Below, piece after piece: positions 9,493-20,673 of a stretch of DNA of 64,000 bases. Both the position numbers and the translations under genes were made by a program. The notes under the pieces are model-generated. The model worked only from the letters and a program-made list of their open reading frames with translations. It was not told the DNA's origin and did no database searches. Location: NCBI GenBank assembly GCA_963724325.1, contig CAVRUH010000007.1:224001-288000 (forward strand). The letters run 5' to 3'. Numbering within the stretch: position 1 is the first letter of the stretch; each line of letters starts with the position of its first letter. Source of the DNA: Waddliaceae bacterium (GTDB lineage: Bacteria; Chlamydiota; Chlamydiia; Chlamydiales; Waddliaceae).

Positions 9493-10611
9493 ATGAAATT
9501 TGTGGTCACAACTCAAGAGCTCATTTATCTTATTAATAAATGTCAAAATATCGTCTCGGCAAAACCAACGATGCCTATCCTTGCCAATATTCTCATTAAA
9601 GCATCCGGCAACGAACTGACTGTCACCGCTACCGACTTAACCGTAGGTGTCTGTTGCAGTGTCGAAGCAAAAATTCTCGAAGAGGGGTCGACTACTCTTC
9701 CAGCAAAAAAATTCGCTGCACTAGCAAGAGAGCTCACTTCTCTTAATGTTGAAGTAACCACCAATGAACGCCATGTCACTGAAGTTAATGCCGATGCCTC
9801 CCGGTTTAAACTCAATGGGATGAGCCCTGCGCAATTTCCAGCCCTTCCCGATCTCGAGAGTGCAATGCCCATCAAAATTGCCCAAAAGCAATTGAAGGAA
9901 ATGTTTTACCGAACCGCATTCGCAGTCTCACGTGAAGATAATCGTTATACATTGACCGGCGTCTACCTCCAAATAGGGGGCGGAAAAGCCATTTTTGTAG
10001 GAACCGACGGTAAGCGACTTGCCAAAAATGAGATGACGATTTCATTAGATCCCTCATTTACCGGTTCTTTTATTATTCCACTTAAGGCCGTAGAGGAAAT
10101 TCTGAAAAATTTAGAAGATGAAGGGGATGTGACCTTGTACCTCATGCCTGATAAGATTGCAATTGAGACAGAAAGCACTATTCTTATCACTAAACTTCTT
10201 ACAGGTGAATTCCCGGACTATAATCACTTTATCCCAGAGAAATCTAATGCCATGGTTACTCTCCATCGCGAAGAACTATCGACGCTCCTCCGCCAGGTAG
10301 CTCTCTTTTCCCCTGAGGGTCTTATGTCATCGGTCCGCCTTTCTTTTGCTGATGGAGAACTTAAGCTCGATGCTAATGCGGCTGACGTGGGAGAGGGAAA
10401 GGTAAGCATGCCGGCCAATTATTCAGGCCAAGAGCTGCATATTGCTTTTAACCCGCACTTCTTCTTAGATATTCTTCGTTATACCAAAGGGGAAACGGTG
10501 AATTTGGGGCTAACAGACTCTTTTAATCCCGGCATTATTACCGAAACAGTGGCGGAAGATCAGATTTCCCCTTTGTTTGTGCTCATGCCGATGAGGCTGA
10601 GCGAAGTGTAA
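9493..10611 (+). CDS. dnaN: DNA polymerase III beta sliding clamp
   Basis: ATDL, GTDGKRLA, IAFNPHF, C-terminal VLMPMRL; AGGAG RBS. Confidence 0.97.
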   Translation: MKFVVTTQELIYLINKCQNIVSAKPTMPILANILIKASGNELTVTATDLTVGVCCSVEAKILEEGSTTLPAKKFAALARELTSLNVEVTTNERHVTEVNADASRFKLNGMSPAQFPALPDLESAMPIKIAQKQLKEMFYRTAFAVSREDNRYTLTGVYLQIGGGKAIFVGTDGKRLAKNEMTISLDPSFTGSFIIPLKAVEEILKNLEDEGDVTLYLMPDKIAIETESTILITKLLTGEFPDYNHFIPEKSNAMVTLHREELSTLLRQVALFSPEGLMSSVRLSFADGELKLDANAADVGEGKVSMPANYSGQELHIAFNPHFFLDILRYTKGETVNLGLTDSFNPGIITETVAEDQISPLFVLMPMRLSEV

Positions 10612-10612
10612 T

Positions 10613-11674
10613 ATGCGTCTGGCTTCACTTAGACTTAGAAATGTCCGTGTTCATTCCGATTCATTGATTCAGTTTGAGCCGGGCATCAATTTGATCCATG
10701 GGCCGAACGCTGCCGGCAAAACCACCATATTAGAAGCCATACACATGCTCATGATTGGCAGGTCATTCCGTACTTCGCAATCAGCTGATTTGATCAGTCA
10801 GGGGACAACAGGGCTCCAAATTGAAGCCAAGTTAACAAAGCATGATGTCGAGCAGGAACTCAAGTTAACTTTCGATGGAAAAGAACGGACGATCTACCAA
10901 AATAATACTCCGATCCGAAAGCTTACAAACTTATTTGGGATCATTCAGGGGGTTGTGATGACACCAGATGATGTTGTATTGATTAAGGGAGGGCCTAGCG
11001 GTCGCAGGGGATATTTGGATGTTCAGTTATCGCAGACCGATCCTGCCTATTTGGCGCATTTAAGCAGGTATGTGAGGGCGACGCGTCAGAGAAATCATTT
11101 GTTGAAGTCTGGTGACATTTCCACCATTGAAAGCTGGGAAACCGAGATGGCTGGTGCAGCTGCTTACATTGTGTGCCAGCGTTACGCAGCTGTTCACGAT
11201 CTTAAAAAGTTAGTCCGAGAGCTATATTATTCTTTGTCGAAAGAAACTAAGGAAATGGATATCAGTTATCATTCAGCGGCACCACAAGATACTGAGGCAG
11301 TAATCCGTCAGCATTATTTGGAGAAATACAACACGCTCCGATCCAAAGAGATTGAACGAGGAATGACCCTTTCAGGGCCGCATCGAGATGATTTAATTGT
11401 GACAATTGGTGGAATGGATGCCCGTCATTTTGCAAGTGAAGGCCAGCAAAGAAGTTCTACGGCAACGCTGAAGCTGGCTGAATGGGAAAGAATGCGTCAA
11501 CTGACGCAAATTATTCCGTTAATGCTCATAGATGACGTTGGTGTGAGCCTTGATGAGTCGCGCCGCAGGCGTCTTTTCGAGCTTATAGGCGGCCTAGGGC
11601 AGGTCTTCCTCACCGGCACCGAAGGTGCTGTGCCTGGGATGAAAACACATAGTCTCAACCTGCAGTGTGGATAA
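10613..11674 (+). CDS. recF: DNA replication and repair protein RecF
   Basis: GPNAAGKT Walker A, GPHRDDL, ASEGQQRS, LIDDV; directly follows dnaN. Confidence 0.96.
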   Translation: MRLASLRLRNVRVHSDSLIQFEPGINLIHGPNAAGKTTILEAIHMLMIGRSFRTSQSADLISQGTTGLQIEAKLTKHDVEQELKLTFDGKERTIYQNNTPIRKLTNLFGIIQGVVMTPDDVVLIKGGPSGRRGYLDVQLSQTDPAYLAHLSRYVRATRQRNHLLKSGDISTIESWETEMAGAAAYIVCQRYAAVHDLKKLVRELYYSLSKETKEMDISYHSAAPQDTEAVIRQHYLEKYNTLRSKEIERGMTLSGPHRDDLIVTIGGMDARHFASEGQQRSSTATLKLAEWERMRQLTQIIPLMLIDDVGVSLDESRRRRLFELIGGLGQVFLTGTEGAVPGMKTHSLNLQCG

Positions 11675-13012
11675 CTATTTTGTCAAAATTGGAAATCGAC
11701 TTGCAAAATACAATGGGTAGCTGTGGACACTATTGCGTTGATCGATTTTAAATGGACGGCCACTCATGATCGTTCGATATTTTGATGAGTATTTTTCCAC
11801 AAATTTTTGTAGGCTTGCAGCATGGGTGACATTACCTGATTTCACTTCTATGGGCAAAATATCGCCGTCAATATTCTCTAACAAATTCCACTTCAGAGCG
11901 TCCGTCTTGCCAGGTATATAGTTCCTTGCAGTTCGTACTGAAAAATTCTTGTGCAATAAAATTCTCTGCAAAATAGCCTTTATAGGTTCCATATTGATAT
12001 TCTAAAATAGTCTTAGGGGCAAGACCGCTTAAAGCCCCAAGCATCCCAACATCAAAAACAAATAATTTAAAACGACCTTCCTCAGTATAAGCGGAAAGGG
12101 GATGTTCAGCGGTTTGGATGATTGGTATTTTGAATATTAGTCCAGCATTTTCAAGCCAATCAAAAACATTTGCAAGCCTGCTGTAGCGATCTATTCCTTC
12201 AATACAATGCCATAAATTGATATCTTTTTGATGAACCATCAACAGTGCTTGCCAATTGATTCGGGATGGAACGCCAAATTCGATCGATATGCATGGCATT
12301 GACTTTTCCGGAGTGTTTAGCAATATCGGCATAATAATCAGAGAGCAATTGAGTTTGTTTTTCACGAACTTTTTCGAAAGCTACAAATAAATTTTCTTTA
12401 TTATCAATAAAGATCTGAACAGCTTCGGGCAAACCCCCGACAATAAAATACCATTTCAAACGTTCCCAAATGCGATCATGCACTAAGAGTTGGGATAACA
12501 GTGTCTAGTCTCGCAGGATTCAATTAAATCAGCGGATAAATTCTCATCGATAGCTCGCAAAAATTCGACAAAAGTTAAGTGGATATAAATAACCTGTTTG
12601 AATTTTTCCAACGGGATACGATTCATGATTGAGTCAAACCCCAAGTAGCGATCCGGCACAACAAAGTGCTAGTTCGGGCATGTCTTCTTGAAAATATTTC
12701 AAGCTTGTTAAGGCTCTTGGGATAGCTTGAATTTCATCAAATATGACCAGATCATTTTTCACATCAATTGGGTCTGTTCTGATGAAAGCTGAGTTGATCG
12801 ATAAGATGATGTGGATCCAAATTCGATTCAAATATCTTGGCAAGTTCAGGCTCTTTCTCAAAATTAAAATAGTGTATATTTGGGAATTCGTTCGCGCCAA
12901 AATGTTTGAGTAAGTAGGTTTTTCCGCATTGGCGAACTCCACGTAGCATCAATGGCTTTTTGTGACCACTTGCTTTCCATTCTTGCAGACTTTGATAAAA
13001 TTGTCTCTTCAT
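11675..13012 (-). pseudogene. Multiply frameshifted AAA_14/DUF4143-type ATPase with a C-terminal nuclease-like motif
   Basis: Five collinear fragments in different frames: GVRQCGKT, LVIFDEIQ, YFIVGGLPEAV, FKLFVFDVGML...AENF, LPIEVKSG. Confidence 0.85.
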
Positions 13013-13013
13013 A

Positions 13014-13084
13014 CTTGCAATTATCGTCAATTTTGACGGAAATTGCAAGCAAAAATCGTCAATTTATGACGGAAATTGCAAGCA
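13014..13084. promoter_or_regulatory. Tandem palindromic operator-like sites abutting the ATPase pseudogene start
   Basis: atcgtcaattt(a)tgacggaaattgcaagca twice (13023-13051, 13055-13084); 13014-13049 is an imperfect palindrome. Confidence 0.5.
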
Positions 13085-13096
13085 GCCCGGGTATTG

Positions 13097-14440
13097 TTAA
13101 TCCAGGGAGCTTATGCCAAAGGGGGTGAGGGAGAAGCAGAGTTTATCGTTATGCTTGCCGGTTTTTACCATCCCACACTGAAATAACCTGTTAAATATCG
13201 TGTTTCGAACCACTTCGATGTCCCTATCAGTATATTTAGGCAAAATGTATCTCCATCTTTTCCCAGTACATTGCAAAAATACAGGTTGAGCATCGCCTAT
13301 CGGTGAGGTAAAACCCTTCATAAAATCGTCAAAGTAAATCCAACCGCTCTTCATCACTTGTTTCAAACTTTTTTCTGTAGATCGAACATCTTTATCCTGA
13401 ATATGTGATCCGGAAAACCTATAGAGATACATCGCCTGCTCCTTCAGAGGTTTTTTTATCCATTCGTCCGAAGCATCTGTAGGGAGCAATCTATTTTTAT
13501 CTACCGAAGCAAGCCCCATTGTCACAAGCATGTCGATAAGGTCTTGTATGTAGCGAGGTTCTTTTTCGTGGGGTATATACTTCCCTACCATGGTCATTTG
13601 CAAATTTTCCACATCTTGAGCTGCAAGAAGGGCACGCGTCATATCCTCAACGAAACCAAATTCCTCGGAATGAGTTTGTACGATTTTCTCCACATCCTTA
13701 ATTTGTACAGGTGTGGTCTCGTTTTGAAATTGCAGATACTTTTTCCATTCATAGAATGGAGTAATTACTTCTTCCCATTTACCTGCATTTTGGTTGTAAC
13801 TTAAGCAACATACGAAATTGAATTCTAAAATGAGTAGATACTCCTCAAGTTCTATTCTTGACAGTGAATATTTCTCCAAAAGAGAGTGGCACCAAAGTTT
13901 TAAATCGGGAGATTGATACAAATCATCCATAATTTGACGGAGAATGGGTTCGTCAAACGTCAGGTCGTCTAAATACCTTTGATAGATTTTAGGGGTTTGA
14001 AAAAATTTTTCGACGATCGAGCTAAATATGTCATTTGAGGTTTTTGAAATGGGATACCACTGAGGAAGTACGTGTATTGGAACTTTGTTTAAAAGGCTGC
14101 GGAGGAATTCGAAATCGGCATGGAAGTCGTCATCAAATTTTTCAATTTGGAATTCGTAGTATTTTCGCATTTCCTTGTTAACATCAATAATGTCTTTATT
14201 GACTGTAAGAAGGTTCATTTTATTGAGTTTTTCGAGGGCGGGATCTAACTTTTTTCTGGTTGTATTTAAGTTATCCAGAAGATGATCAACTTCAATTCTT
14301 ACTGAGCTAAGGAGTATTTCTTTTATTACATCGACTTCAAATACAGATAAATCTGCCATAAGTAGCCTATTCTCAATATCTTGCACATAAGGGTAATCGG
14401 CTAGTAGAACCCGATTTTTTTTAATAATGCTCTGATTCAT
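13097..14440 (-). CDS. Hypothetical protein (447 aa), possible N-terminal winged-helix-like region
   Basis: Long clean ORF; no confident motif. Confidence 0.7.
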   Translation of the reverse strand: MNQSIIKKNRVLLADYPYVQDIENRLLMADLSVFEVDVIKEILLSSVRIEVDHLLDNLNTTRKKLDPALEKLNKMNLLTVNKDIIDVNKEMRKYYEFQIEKFDDDFHADFEFLRSLLNKVPIHVLPQWYPISKTSNDIFSSIVEKFFQTPKIYQRYLDDLTFDEPILRQIMDDLYQSPDLKLWCHSLLEKYSLSRIELEEYLLILEFNFVCCLSYNQNAGKWEEVITPFYEWKKYLQFQNETTPVQIKDVEKIVQTHSEEFGFVEDMTRALLAAQDVENLQMTMVGKYIPHEKEPRYIQDLIDMLVTMGLASVDKNRLLPTDASDEWIKKPLKEQAMYLYRFSGSHIQDKDVRSTEKSLKQVMKSGWIYFDDFMKGFTSPIGDAQPVFLQCTGKRWRYILPKYTDRDIEVVRNTIFNRLFQCGMVKTGKHNDKLCFSLTPFGISSLD

Positions 14441-14606
14441 AACATTTTCCCCTGGTATTTTTAAAATTACATTACCTATTCATTGCTGATTATAATATGA
14501 AGTTGTCATTTTTGTCTATTTTAAACGTTCAACTGCATAAAAATATTATTTTATAAATATTATAAAATAATTTATAATGAGGCTAACAAGGGAAGGAGGT
14601 ATTTAG

Positions 14607-14978
14607 ATGAAGGTGAATAGTCAAGGTGGGTTCGAGCCTATATTACCTGATCGCAATAAAGAGATTAAGATGGTGCAACCAGAGGTACATCAATTGCCAG
14701 CTTCTTCTGGCGCTGAAAACAGAAGCATCGAACTGCCGCAATGGGTAGTAAAAGATTTAGAAAATTTGGCTCTAGCCATTGCAGAAAATGCAAAAACATC
14801 CTCTGAAAGTAAACTAGAACCATACGAAGCATATGCTGCAGGTGTCAAAGAACAAATATTTTCAAAAACACCAGGAAGGTTCGAAAAGGGTTATCAAGCT
14901 CTTATGGAGCAGATTCAGAAAGAAGAAATGGCTCGTTCGGACGAGGATAAACCTCCACCCGGAGCGGTAATCATATAA
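14607..14978 (+). CDS. Hypothetical protein (123 aa) upstream of an SycD chaperone; possible T3SS substrate
   Basis: AGGAGG RBS; context only. Confidence 0.65.
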   Translation: MKVNSQGGFEPILPDRNKEIKMVQPEVHQLPASSGAENRSIELPQWVVKDLENLALAIAENAKTSSESKLEPYEAYAAGVKEQIFSKTPGRFEKGYQALMEQIQKEEMARSDEDKPPPGAVII

Positions 14979-15023
14979 TTCGTAGCCCGTTTTTTCCCAA
15001 AGCAGGGGAGCGTTGGAGTATTT

Positions 15024-15515
15024 ATGGAATATATGGAAGGATTTGAAATCCCAAAAGAGGCCTTTGAAAAGCTAAAGGATCCTGATCTAGTAAAACGACA
15101 GGTTAGCGAAGGACGAACGTTCCAAGAAATCCTGGAGTATACGCAGGAAAAAATGGATAAGTTTTATGAGATTGCCCGTAATTTATTTGCAGTGGAAGAG
15201 TACGAGAAGGCCTCGGATGCATTTATTTTTCTTACTACATTGAATCCCTACATGCACAGTTATTGGTTGGGATTGGGGATGACAGAACAACTTAAGGGTG
15301 ACTATCAAGGAGCGTTGTTGGCCTATTCTATGGCTATTTTAACGGAGTTGGATAGTCCTTTGCCGCACTATCATTCAGCTTCGTGTTATATCGCTTTGAA
15401 CGACAAAGCGAGTGCAATGAATTCTCTTAAAGCAGCATTAGAGTTTGCAGAACGCGATGATAAGCACCGCGACCTCTACAAACATGTCCAAGTGGCCTTG
15501 CAAAGGCTAACATAA
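15024..15515 (+). CDS. SycD/LcrH family TPR type III secretion chaperone
   Basis: TFQEILEY...YEKASDAFIFLTTLNPY...YWLGLG...PLPHYHSASCY pattern. Confidence 0.85.
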   Translation: MEYMEGFEIPKEAFEKLKDPDLVKRQVSEGRTFQEILEYTQEKMDKFYEIARNLFAVEEYEKASDAFIFLTTLNPYMHSYWLGLGMTEQLKGDYQGALLAYSMAILTELDSPLPHYHSASCYIALNDKASAMNSLKAALEFAERDDKHRDLYKHVQVALQRLT

Positions 15516-15658
15516 AGGTATTATATTATCTCTGCGATATCAATCATACGGAAAAAATAGCGACTATTTAATAGCGCGTCAGAGGCTGGCCCAATGACTT
15601 CGATGCCTAATTCACGCCGGCGCATCTTGACTTCGCAGATATAAAGTGTATTCGACCG

Positions 15659-15704
15659 TTTATCCTGCTCAAAATGAGAATTTCACCATCTTGAGCAGGA
15701 TAAA
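15659..15704. repeat. Intergenic inverted repeat (14-bp perfect arms)
   Basis: tttatcctgctcaa ... ttgagcaggataaa. Confidence 0.6.
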
Positions 15705-15778
15705 TAAATGTATTATAAATTTCCTTGAGGATATTTTTGGTCAATGCTAATATGTATATGTTTAACAAAGGTGTATAT

Positions 15779-16705
15779 ATGTTTGCAAGCAACGATCAAC
15801 CAGCATTTGACAAAACAGCATGGAATAAATTCCCCGAGAAATTCCAAGATGATTTAAACACCATCTACTTTGACAAAGACTTATATGAGGGAGAGGACTG
15901 GGAAATACCTCGGACGAATTCTGGGATGTGTTTTTTCCCAAAGTATTATGAACAACAATTGCAAGTGGACATTCAAGCATTGGGAAATATTTATCCACCA
16001 CTTCTTGAAAGGATAACTACATACTATCGACATATCATTCGCGCATCAGCTTCCAGTTATTGTATTGGATATACTCTTGCTGATGCAACAAGCCTTTATG
16101 TACGAATGAATCCTCTTTTAGTTAAAGAGCAGAATGCAGAAATTTATATAAAACCCCTTATGAAATTAATTTGTCCTGATGACCCTTTGGAAGTGGCTGG
16201 TAAAATTCTTGTTGAATTTAATGCTTATCACAATAAGTTTAATTTTGCCTGTCCTAACGAAAATCTCATTTTGGAACTTGGTGCTCTTGCCAAAGAAACT
16301 ATCAATTGCCTCAAGAAAAATCCCAGTGTAATATACGTTGAGAAATTGCTTACTGCAATGCATGTATGTAAGAAGGATGGCAACCCTCTAATCACAGATA
16401 ATGCGCGCAATAAATTCATTTATCACATCTTAAAATCAGAAGGACAGCCCAGTCTTCAAAAAGAAAGAGAGTTTATAAAAAAATGGGTTGTGCACCAAGA
16501 GTGTAGAACCCCCTTTATAAGGACGCTTAGATCAGTGGCACGCTTAGCTTTAGATTTTCTGATGCGTAAAAAACTTGATGACAATGAGGCTGAATCCGAA
16601 GATACACAGAAAATTTTGATGAAGCATCTTAGCACCCGTGGGAGAGCAATATATCAAGGAATGGATGATTGCGAAGAGGAGATCGATAATGAAAAAACTT
16701 TATAA
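15779..16705 (+). CDS. Hypothetical protein (about 308 aa)
   Basis: Long ORF; start placed at the ATG after AAGGTG; overlaps the ppa start. Confidence 0.65.
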   Translation: MFASNDQPAFDKTAWNKFPEKFQDDLNTIYFDKDLYEGEDWEIPRTNSGMCFFPKYYEQQLQVDIQALGNIYPPLLERITTYYRHIIRASASSYCIGYTLADATSLYVRMNPLLVKEQNAEIYIKPLMKLICPDDPLEVAGKILVEFNAYHNKFNFACPNENLILELGALAKETINCLKKNPSVIYVEKLLTAMHVCKKDGNPLITDNARNKFIYHILKSEGQPSLQKEREFIKKWVVHQECRTPFIRTLRSVARLALDFLMRKKLDDNEAESEDTQKILMKHLSTRGRAIYQGMDDCEEEIDNEKTL

Positions 16706-17351
16706 AAACGATGAAAAACTGCCTAATGGCAAGACAGATAAGGTGCAATATCGCTCGCATCCTTGGCATGGATTGATCTTAGGCGAGGAATCTCCTGAAG
16801 TTGTCAATTGTTATATCGAAATGGTACCTACGGACACTGTTAAATATGAGCTGGACAAAACTACGGGACTTTTAAAAGTGGATAGACCGCAAAAATATTC
16901 GAGCCTCTGTCCTACATTGTATGGATTTTTGCCTCAAACGCACTGCGGAGACCTTGTCGCCGGCCACTGCATTAAAAAGACTGGGAAAAAAGATGTTGTG
17001 GGTGATAATGACCCTATGGATATCTGTGTTTTGACGGAAAATGTCATCCCTCGTGGTGACATCTTTTTGAGGGCGCATCCTATTGGGGGATTTCGCCTGA
17101 TAGACGGGGGTGAAGCAGATGATAAGATCATTGCGGTGTTATTAGGCGATTTTGTTTATGGAAAGATTCGGGATATTCAGGGGCTCCACGAAGGTTTAGT
17201 GGAACGGCTGCGCCATTACTTTTTGACCTACAAGGATGCACCTGAGAGGATAAATAGCAAAGTTCAAATCACACACATTTATGGCGCTGAAGAAGCTCAT
17301 GAGGTAATCCGTCTTTCACATCAGGATTACCTCAATAAGTTTACCAGTTAA
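16689..17351 (+). CDS. ppa: Soluble inorganic pyrophosphatase
   Basis: [39 protein letters not shown]. Confidence 0.93.
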   Translation: MKKLYKNDEKLPNGKTDKVQYRSHPWHGLILGEESPEVVNCYIEMVPTDTVKYELDKTTGLLKVDRPQKYSSLCPTLYGFLPQTHCGDLVAGHCIKKTGKKDVVGDNDPMDICVLTENVIPRGDIFLRAHPIGGFRLIDGGEADDKIIAVLLGDFVYGKIRDIQGLHEGLVERLRHYFLTYKDAPERINSKVQITHIYGAEEAHEVIRLSHQDYLNKFTS

Positions 17352-18363
17352 GAATGACTTTTCCGCAGCTGCCGGATAGCATGGCTTGGAAACCTTTTTC
17401 AAAGTCGTCAATGTCGTAATGATGCGTGATCAATGGTTTTAAATCCAAACCAGCTTCGATCAAATGGACCATCTGATACCAGGTTGAAAATATCTCTCTT
17501 CCGTAAATTCCTTTAATATTGAGCATCTTGAAGATAACCAGATCCCAATCAATTGAGGTATTTGGCGGCAAGATTCCAAGGAGGGCAATTTTTGCTCCGG
17601 GCTGGGCCATTTCAAGCATAGAATTAAAGGCTTCGGCATTACCAGACATTTCCAGTCCAACAGTAAAACCTTCATGGATGCCTAGAGTCTTCATTACCTC
17701 TTTTAATGACGTTTTTGCTACGTTTACTGTGGTTTTGGCTCCCATAGTTTTAGCTAACTCTAAGCGGTAGTCATTGACATCGGTAATAACCACGTTACGG
17801 GCTCCGGCTTTCTTGGCGATTGCAGCTGCCATCATCCCAATAGGGCCAGCACCTGTGATAAGGACGTCTTCCCCCGTCAGAGGAAATGATAGGGCTGTAT
17901 GGACAGCGTTGCCGTACGGATCAAAGATAGCAGCGAGATCGTCTTCAATTTGAGGGGGGATAAGAAATGCATTTTCTGCCGGAAGGCTTAGATATTCGGC
18001 AAATGAGCCGTTTGTTTTGACTCCTACGCCAATTGTATTGGGACAGAGATGTTTTAGTCCTTTTCTGCAGTTAATGCAGGTGTTGCAGACCAGGTGGCCT
18101 TCGCCGCTGACTCGGTCGCCAACCTTGAAATCTTTGACGTTTTTGCCTACTTTTTCGATGACACCGACGAATTCGTGACCTATTGTTGTGTTCAGCGGTA
18201 CCATTTTTTGAGCCCATGGGCCCCATTTGTAGATGTTTATGTCGGTTCCGCAGATAGAGGATTTTTTAATTTTGATGAGAACGTCATTATCGGAAATGGT
18301 AGGCATGGGGACGTCTTGCATCCAAATACCTTGAGTTGCTTCTTTTTTTACTAGTGCTTTCAT
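17341..18363 (-). CDS. tdh: L-threonine 3-dehydrogenase
   Basis: ICGTD, GHEFVG, structural Zn Cys cluster, GAGPIG, KGIYGRE. Confidence 0.95.
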   Translation of the reverse strand: MKALVKKEATQGIWMQDVPMPTISDNDVLIKIKKSSICGTDINIYKWGPWAQKMVPLNTTIGHEFVGVIEKVGKNVKDFKVGDRVSGEGHLVCNTCINCRKGLKHLCPNTIGVGVKTNGSFAEYLSLPAENAFLIPPQIEDDLAAIFDPYGNAVHTALSFPLTGEDVLITGAGPIGMMAAAIAKKAGARNVVITDVNDYRLELAKTMGAKTTVNVAKTSLKEVMKTLGIHEGFTVGLEMSGNAEAFNSMLEMAQPGAKIALLGILPPNTSIDWDLVIFKMLNIKGIYGREIFSTWYQMVHLIEAGLDLKPLITHHYDIDDFEKGFQAMLSGSCGKVILNW

Positions 18364-18476
18364 TTTTTTGCCTCCAAATTATTATTTATGGAAGACCATT
18401 ATACAGAATTGTAGAATTTAAATCAATGTCATTGACCTGTAGTCATGCCGGGTCCATGACAAAACTATAAAAACAA

Positions 18477-18699
18477 GGCGCGAATCGCATTTCAAAAAAC
18501 TTTTTACAACGCAAAGGAGCAAAAGGAGCGAAGGCGCAAAGGAAGAAAGAATGGATGCTTTAACCTACAATGTCATTATTGAAAAAAAAAATTATTGCAA
18601 AACCAGAGCTTAGGTAAAACATCCGTCCTTTCTTACTTTGCGCCATTGCGCCTTTTGCTCCTTTGCGTTGTAAATAATTTTTGAAATGCGACTCGAGCC
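18477..18699. repeat. Palindromic repeat family B (about 60-bp imperfect arms)
   Basis: tcgcatttca...caacgcaaaggagcaaaagg / ccttttgctcctttgcgttg...tgaaatgcga; related copy at 63249-63366. Confidence 0.8.
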
Positions 18700-18724
18700 T
18701 GCATTAGAAAAGTTTGGATGAACT

Positions 18725-18749
18725 TATGGCCACTCTTGCGGTGGCCATA
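18725..18749 (-). terminator. Hairpin immediately after the sctD-like stop
   Basis: tatggccac-N7-gtggccata; no strong U tract. Confidence 0.45.
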
Positions 18750-18752
18750 CTG

Positions 18753-20228
18753 TTATTGATTATAATCGATTCTGTAGCGGACACCGTCTTTCTCAAGGAG
18801 GATTGTGTTGGATTTGATAGCAGTGATAGTCATGCCATCAAGGACATCTCCTTTAGATAGAATCTTGCCATTAATCACAACATTTAGGTTAAATTCGCCT
18901 TGTTGCGAATAACCAGTCACTTGATATTTGCCGGTTAGGTTAATCATCGATTCCTCAGCAGCCGATTCAGTGACGAAATTCTTGAGATTGCGTATTCCGG
19001 GAATTTGTTTGAATTTAGTTACAAGGGAATCAAAGGTTTGGAGTTGGTCTTTATTGACTCCGCCGGTGAGGGAAACTTCACCGTTATCCATTTCAATACG
19101 GATATTAGCAATTCCAACGTTTTGGAGTTCGCTTTGTATTTGTTGTTTGATATCTTCTTCAACAATAATATTCCAGGTGAGTAAGTCGACATAGGCAAAG
19201 TTGGAAGTTACATAATTATTGAGCGCTTCGGCTTGAGTTCTTGTTTGAAGGTATCCAGATATTATAAATTTACCTGGTTTTGGCGAGTGAACATTGATTG
19301 ATTTCCATTGTGGACGTTTTGAAAGGAGGAGGTTGATTTCTCTCCAAACGTTTTCATCGATGATGATAGAGGTGCTATCGATACTTTTTATGAAGGGGAG
19401 TCCTTGCAGTGTATAAAGTAATTGATTTTTATCAATATCGGTCAAAACGTGCCCGCCGACGAGAAGGCTGCCTGTTTTTCTGTTATAGGTGGCGTGGATG
19501 GTGGGGAAGTTTTTGATGATTGCATTGATTTCAGGAGTATGGTCTGCTTCTTCTTTCACTATTGGAACGCTTTGGAAGAGAGTAGCGACGCTGAGGCCGA
19601 CGACGACGAAGACGCCAGTGATGATTCCAATGAGAATAAAGGCTCCTAGGGCATTGTGAGGCTTTTGTTCAACTTGAATAGGTTCAGGAGTGGACTCTGC
19701 AGCGGTTTGTTCAGTAGGTTGTTGATCTTCTCCGTCTTCCTTCTGCAATGTTTTGACGATTGAAGGGAGGAGAGGGGAGATGATTGTTTGCATTTCTCCT
19801 TCGCGGTCAAAGATGATAAATGAGGTTGTGCCCATGCTGACGAGGGTATTTGTTTCCAGAGGCTGCGATCCTTTAATGGCATTGCCGTCGACGAGGGTGC
19901 CATTGCGACTTCCGAGGTCTTCGATGGTGATTTTTTCATCCTGAGCTATGGTAATTCTTCCATGTTGACGCGAGACGCTGTTGTCGTGAAAGATGATGTC
20001 TGCGGAATTTGGATCAGTTCCCACAAGATAGCTATGGCCGGGAAGCATCGAAAATTCGGCGCCGTTATTAGGGCCGCCGATAACCTTAAGAAGCCATCTA
20101 CCGGTCTCTCTCAGGTCGAAATCGATCTCTGCCAACACCCCTTTATCCCCTTTGGGGGCCTCTTCGAATATCGAAGGGTGTGGTGTTTCATCTTTGTCAA
20201 CTATTTCGTCGTTAGGTTCCTGCTCCAT
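18753..20228 (-). CDS. sctD: T3SS inner-membrane ring protein SctD/CdsD-like (FHA, TM helix, BON-like periplasmic domains)
   Basis: FHA motifs VSRQHGRI, DLGSRNGT; single TM AFILIGIITGVFVVVGLSV; follows a CesT-like chaperone as in chlamydial CT663-CT664. Confidence 0.85.
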   Translation of the reverse strand: MEQEPNDEIVDKDETPHPSIFEEAPKGDKGVLAEIDFDLRETGRWLLKVIGGPNNGAEFSMLPGHSYLVGTDPNSADIIFHDNSVSRQHGRITIAQDEKITIEDLGSRNGTLVDGNAIKGSQPLETNTLVSMGTTSFIIFDREGEMQTIISPLLPSIVKTLQKEDGEDQQPTEQTAAESTPEPIQVEQKPHNALGAFILIGIITGVFVVVGLSVATLFQSVPIVKEEADHTPEINAIIKNFPTIHATYNRKTGSLLVGGHVLTDIDKNQLLYTLQGLPFIKSIDSTSIIIDENVWREINLLLSKRPQWKSINVHSPKPGKFIISGYLQTRTQAEALNNYVTSNFAYVDLLTWNIIVEEDIKQQIQSELQNVGIANIRIEMDNGEVSLTGGVNKDQLQTFDSLVTKFKQIPGIRNLKNFVTESAAEESMINLTGKYQVTGYSQQGEFNLNVVINGKILSKGDVLDGMTITAIKSNTILLEKDGVRYRIDYNQ

Positions 20229-20277
20229 GATATCCCTTTTTCTTTAATATATATCAAATTCATAACAGTTTCGGCAA

Positions 20278-20673
20278 TTATTTACCATAGGTTACTGTTT
20301 CTTCGCGCCAGAAGTCAATCTGATTGAAGAAATCTTCAAGGATAAAGCTGAAATCCTTGTAGTTGACTTCGTGGATGACATCACGAGTAAGGATAACTGT
20401 ATCTCCTTCTTCGTTAAGGGCTAAGATGTTGCCGTGGGTTTCTTTTCCTAACAGATTTGCATTCATGAGTTCGGCAAAGAAGTCTCCTTGCCCGGTTTTG
20501 GGACATTCAACAATATTGGCCTTGAGTAAAAATCCCTGGGGAATTTCGGTCACATAGACATTTACTCCTTCGTCGATGGGGATTTGGAAGACCCCGGGAA
20601 CCTCGGTAGCAAAGGTCCCGTCGATCTCCAAATCCTTAGCGAACTGTTCCATATATTTGTTTATCATAATCAC
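20278..20673 (-). CDS. CesT/SycE-class T3SS chaperone (Scc4/CT663-like)
   Basis: 131 aa acidic; LMNANLLGKETHGNILAL and C-terminal LEDFFNQIDFW amphipathic helix. Confidence 0.8.
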   Translation of the reverse strand: MIMINKYMEQFAKDLEIDGTFATEVPGVFQIPIDEGVNVYVTEIPQGFLLKANIVECPKTGQGDFFAELMNANLLGKETHGNILALNEEGDTVILTRDVIHEVNYKDFSFILEDFFNQIDFWREETVTYGK

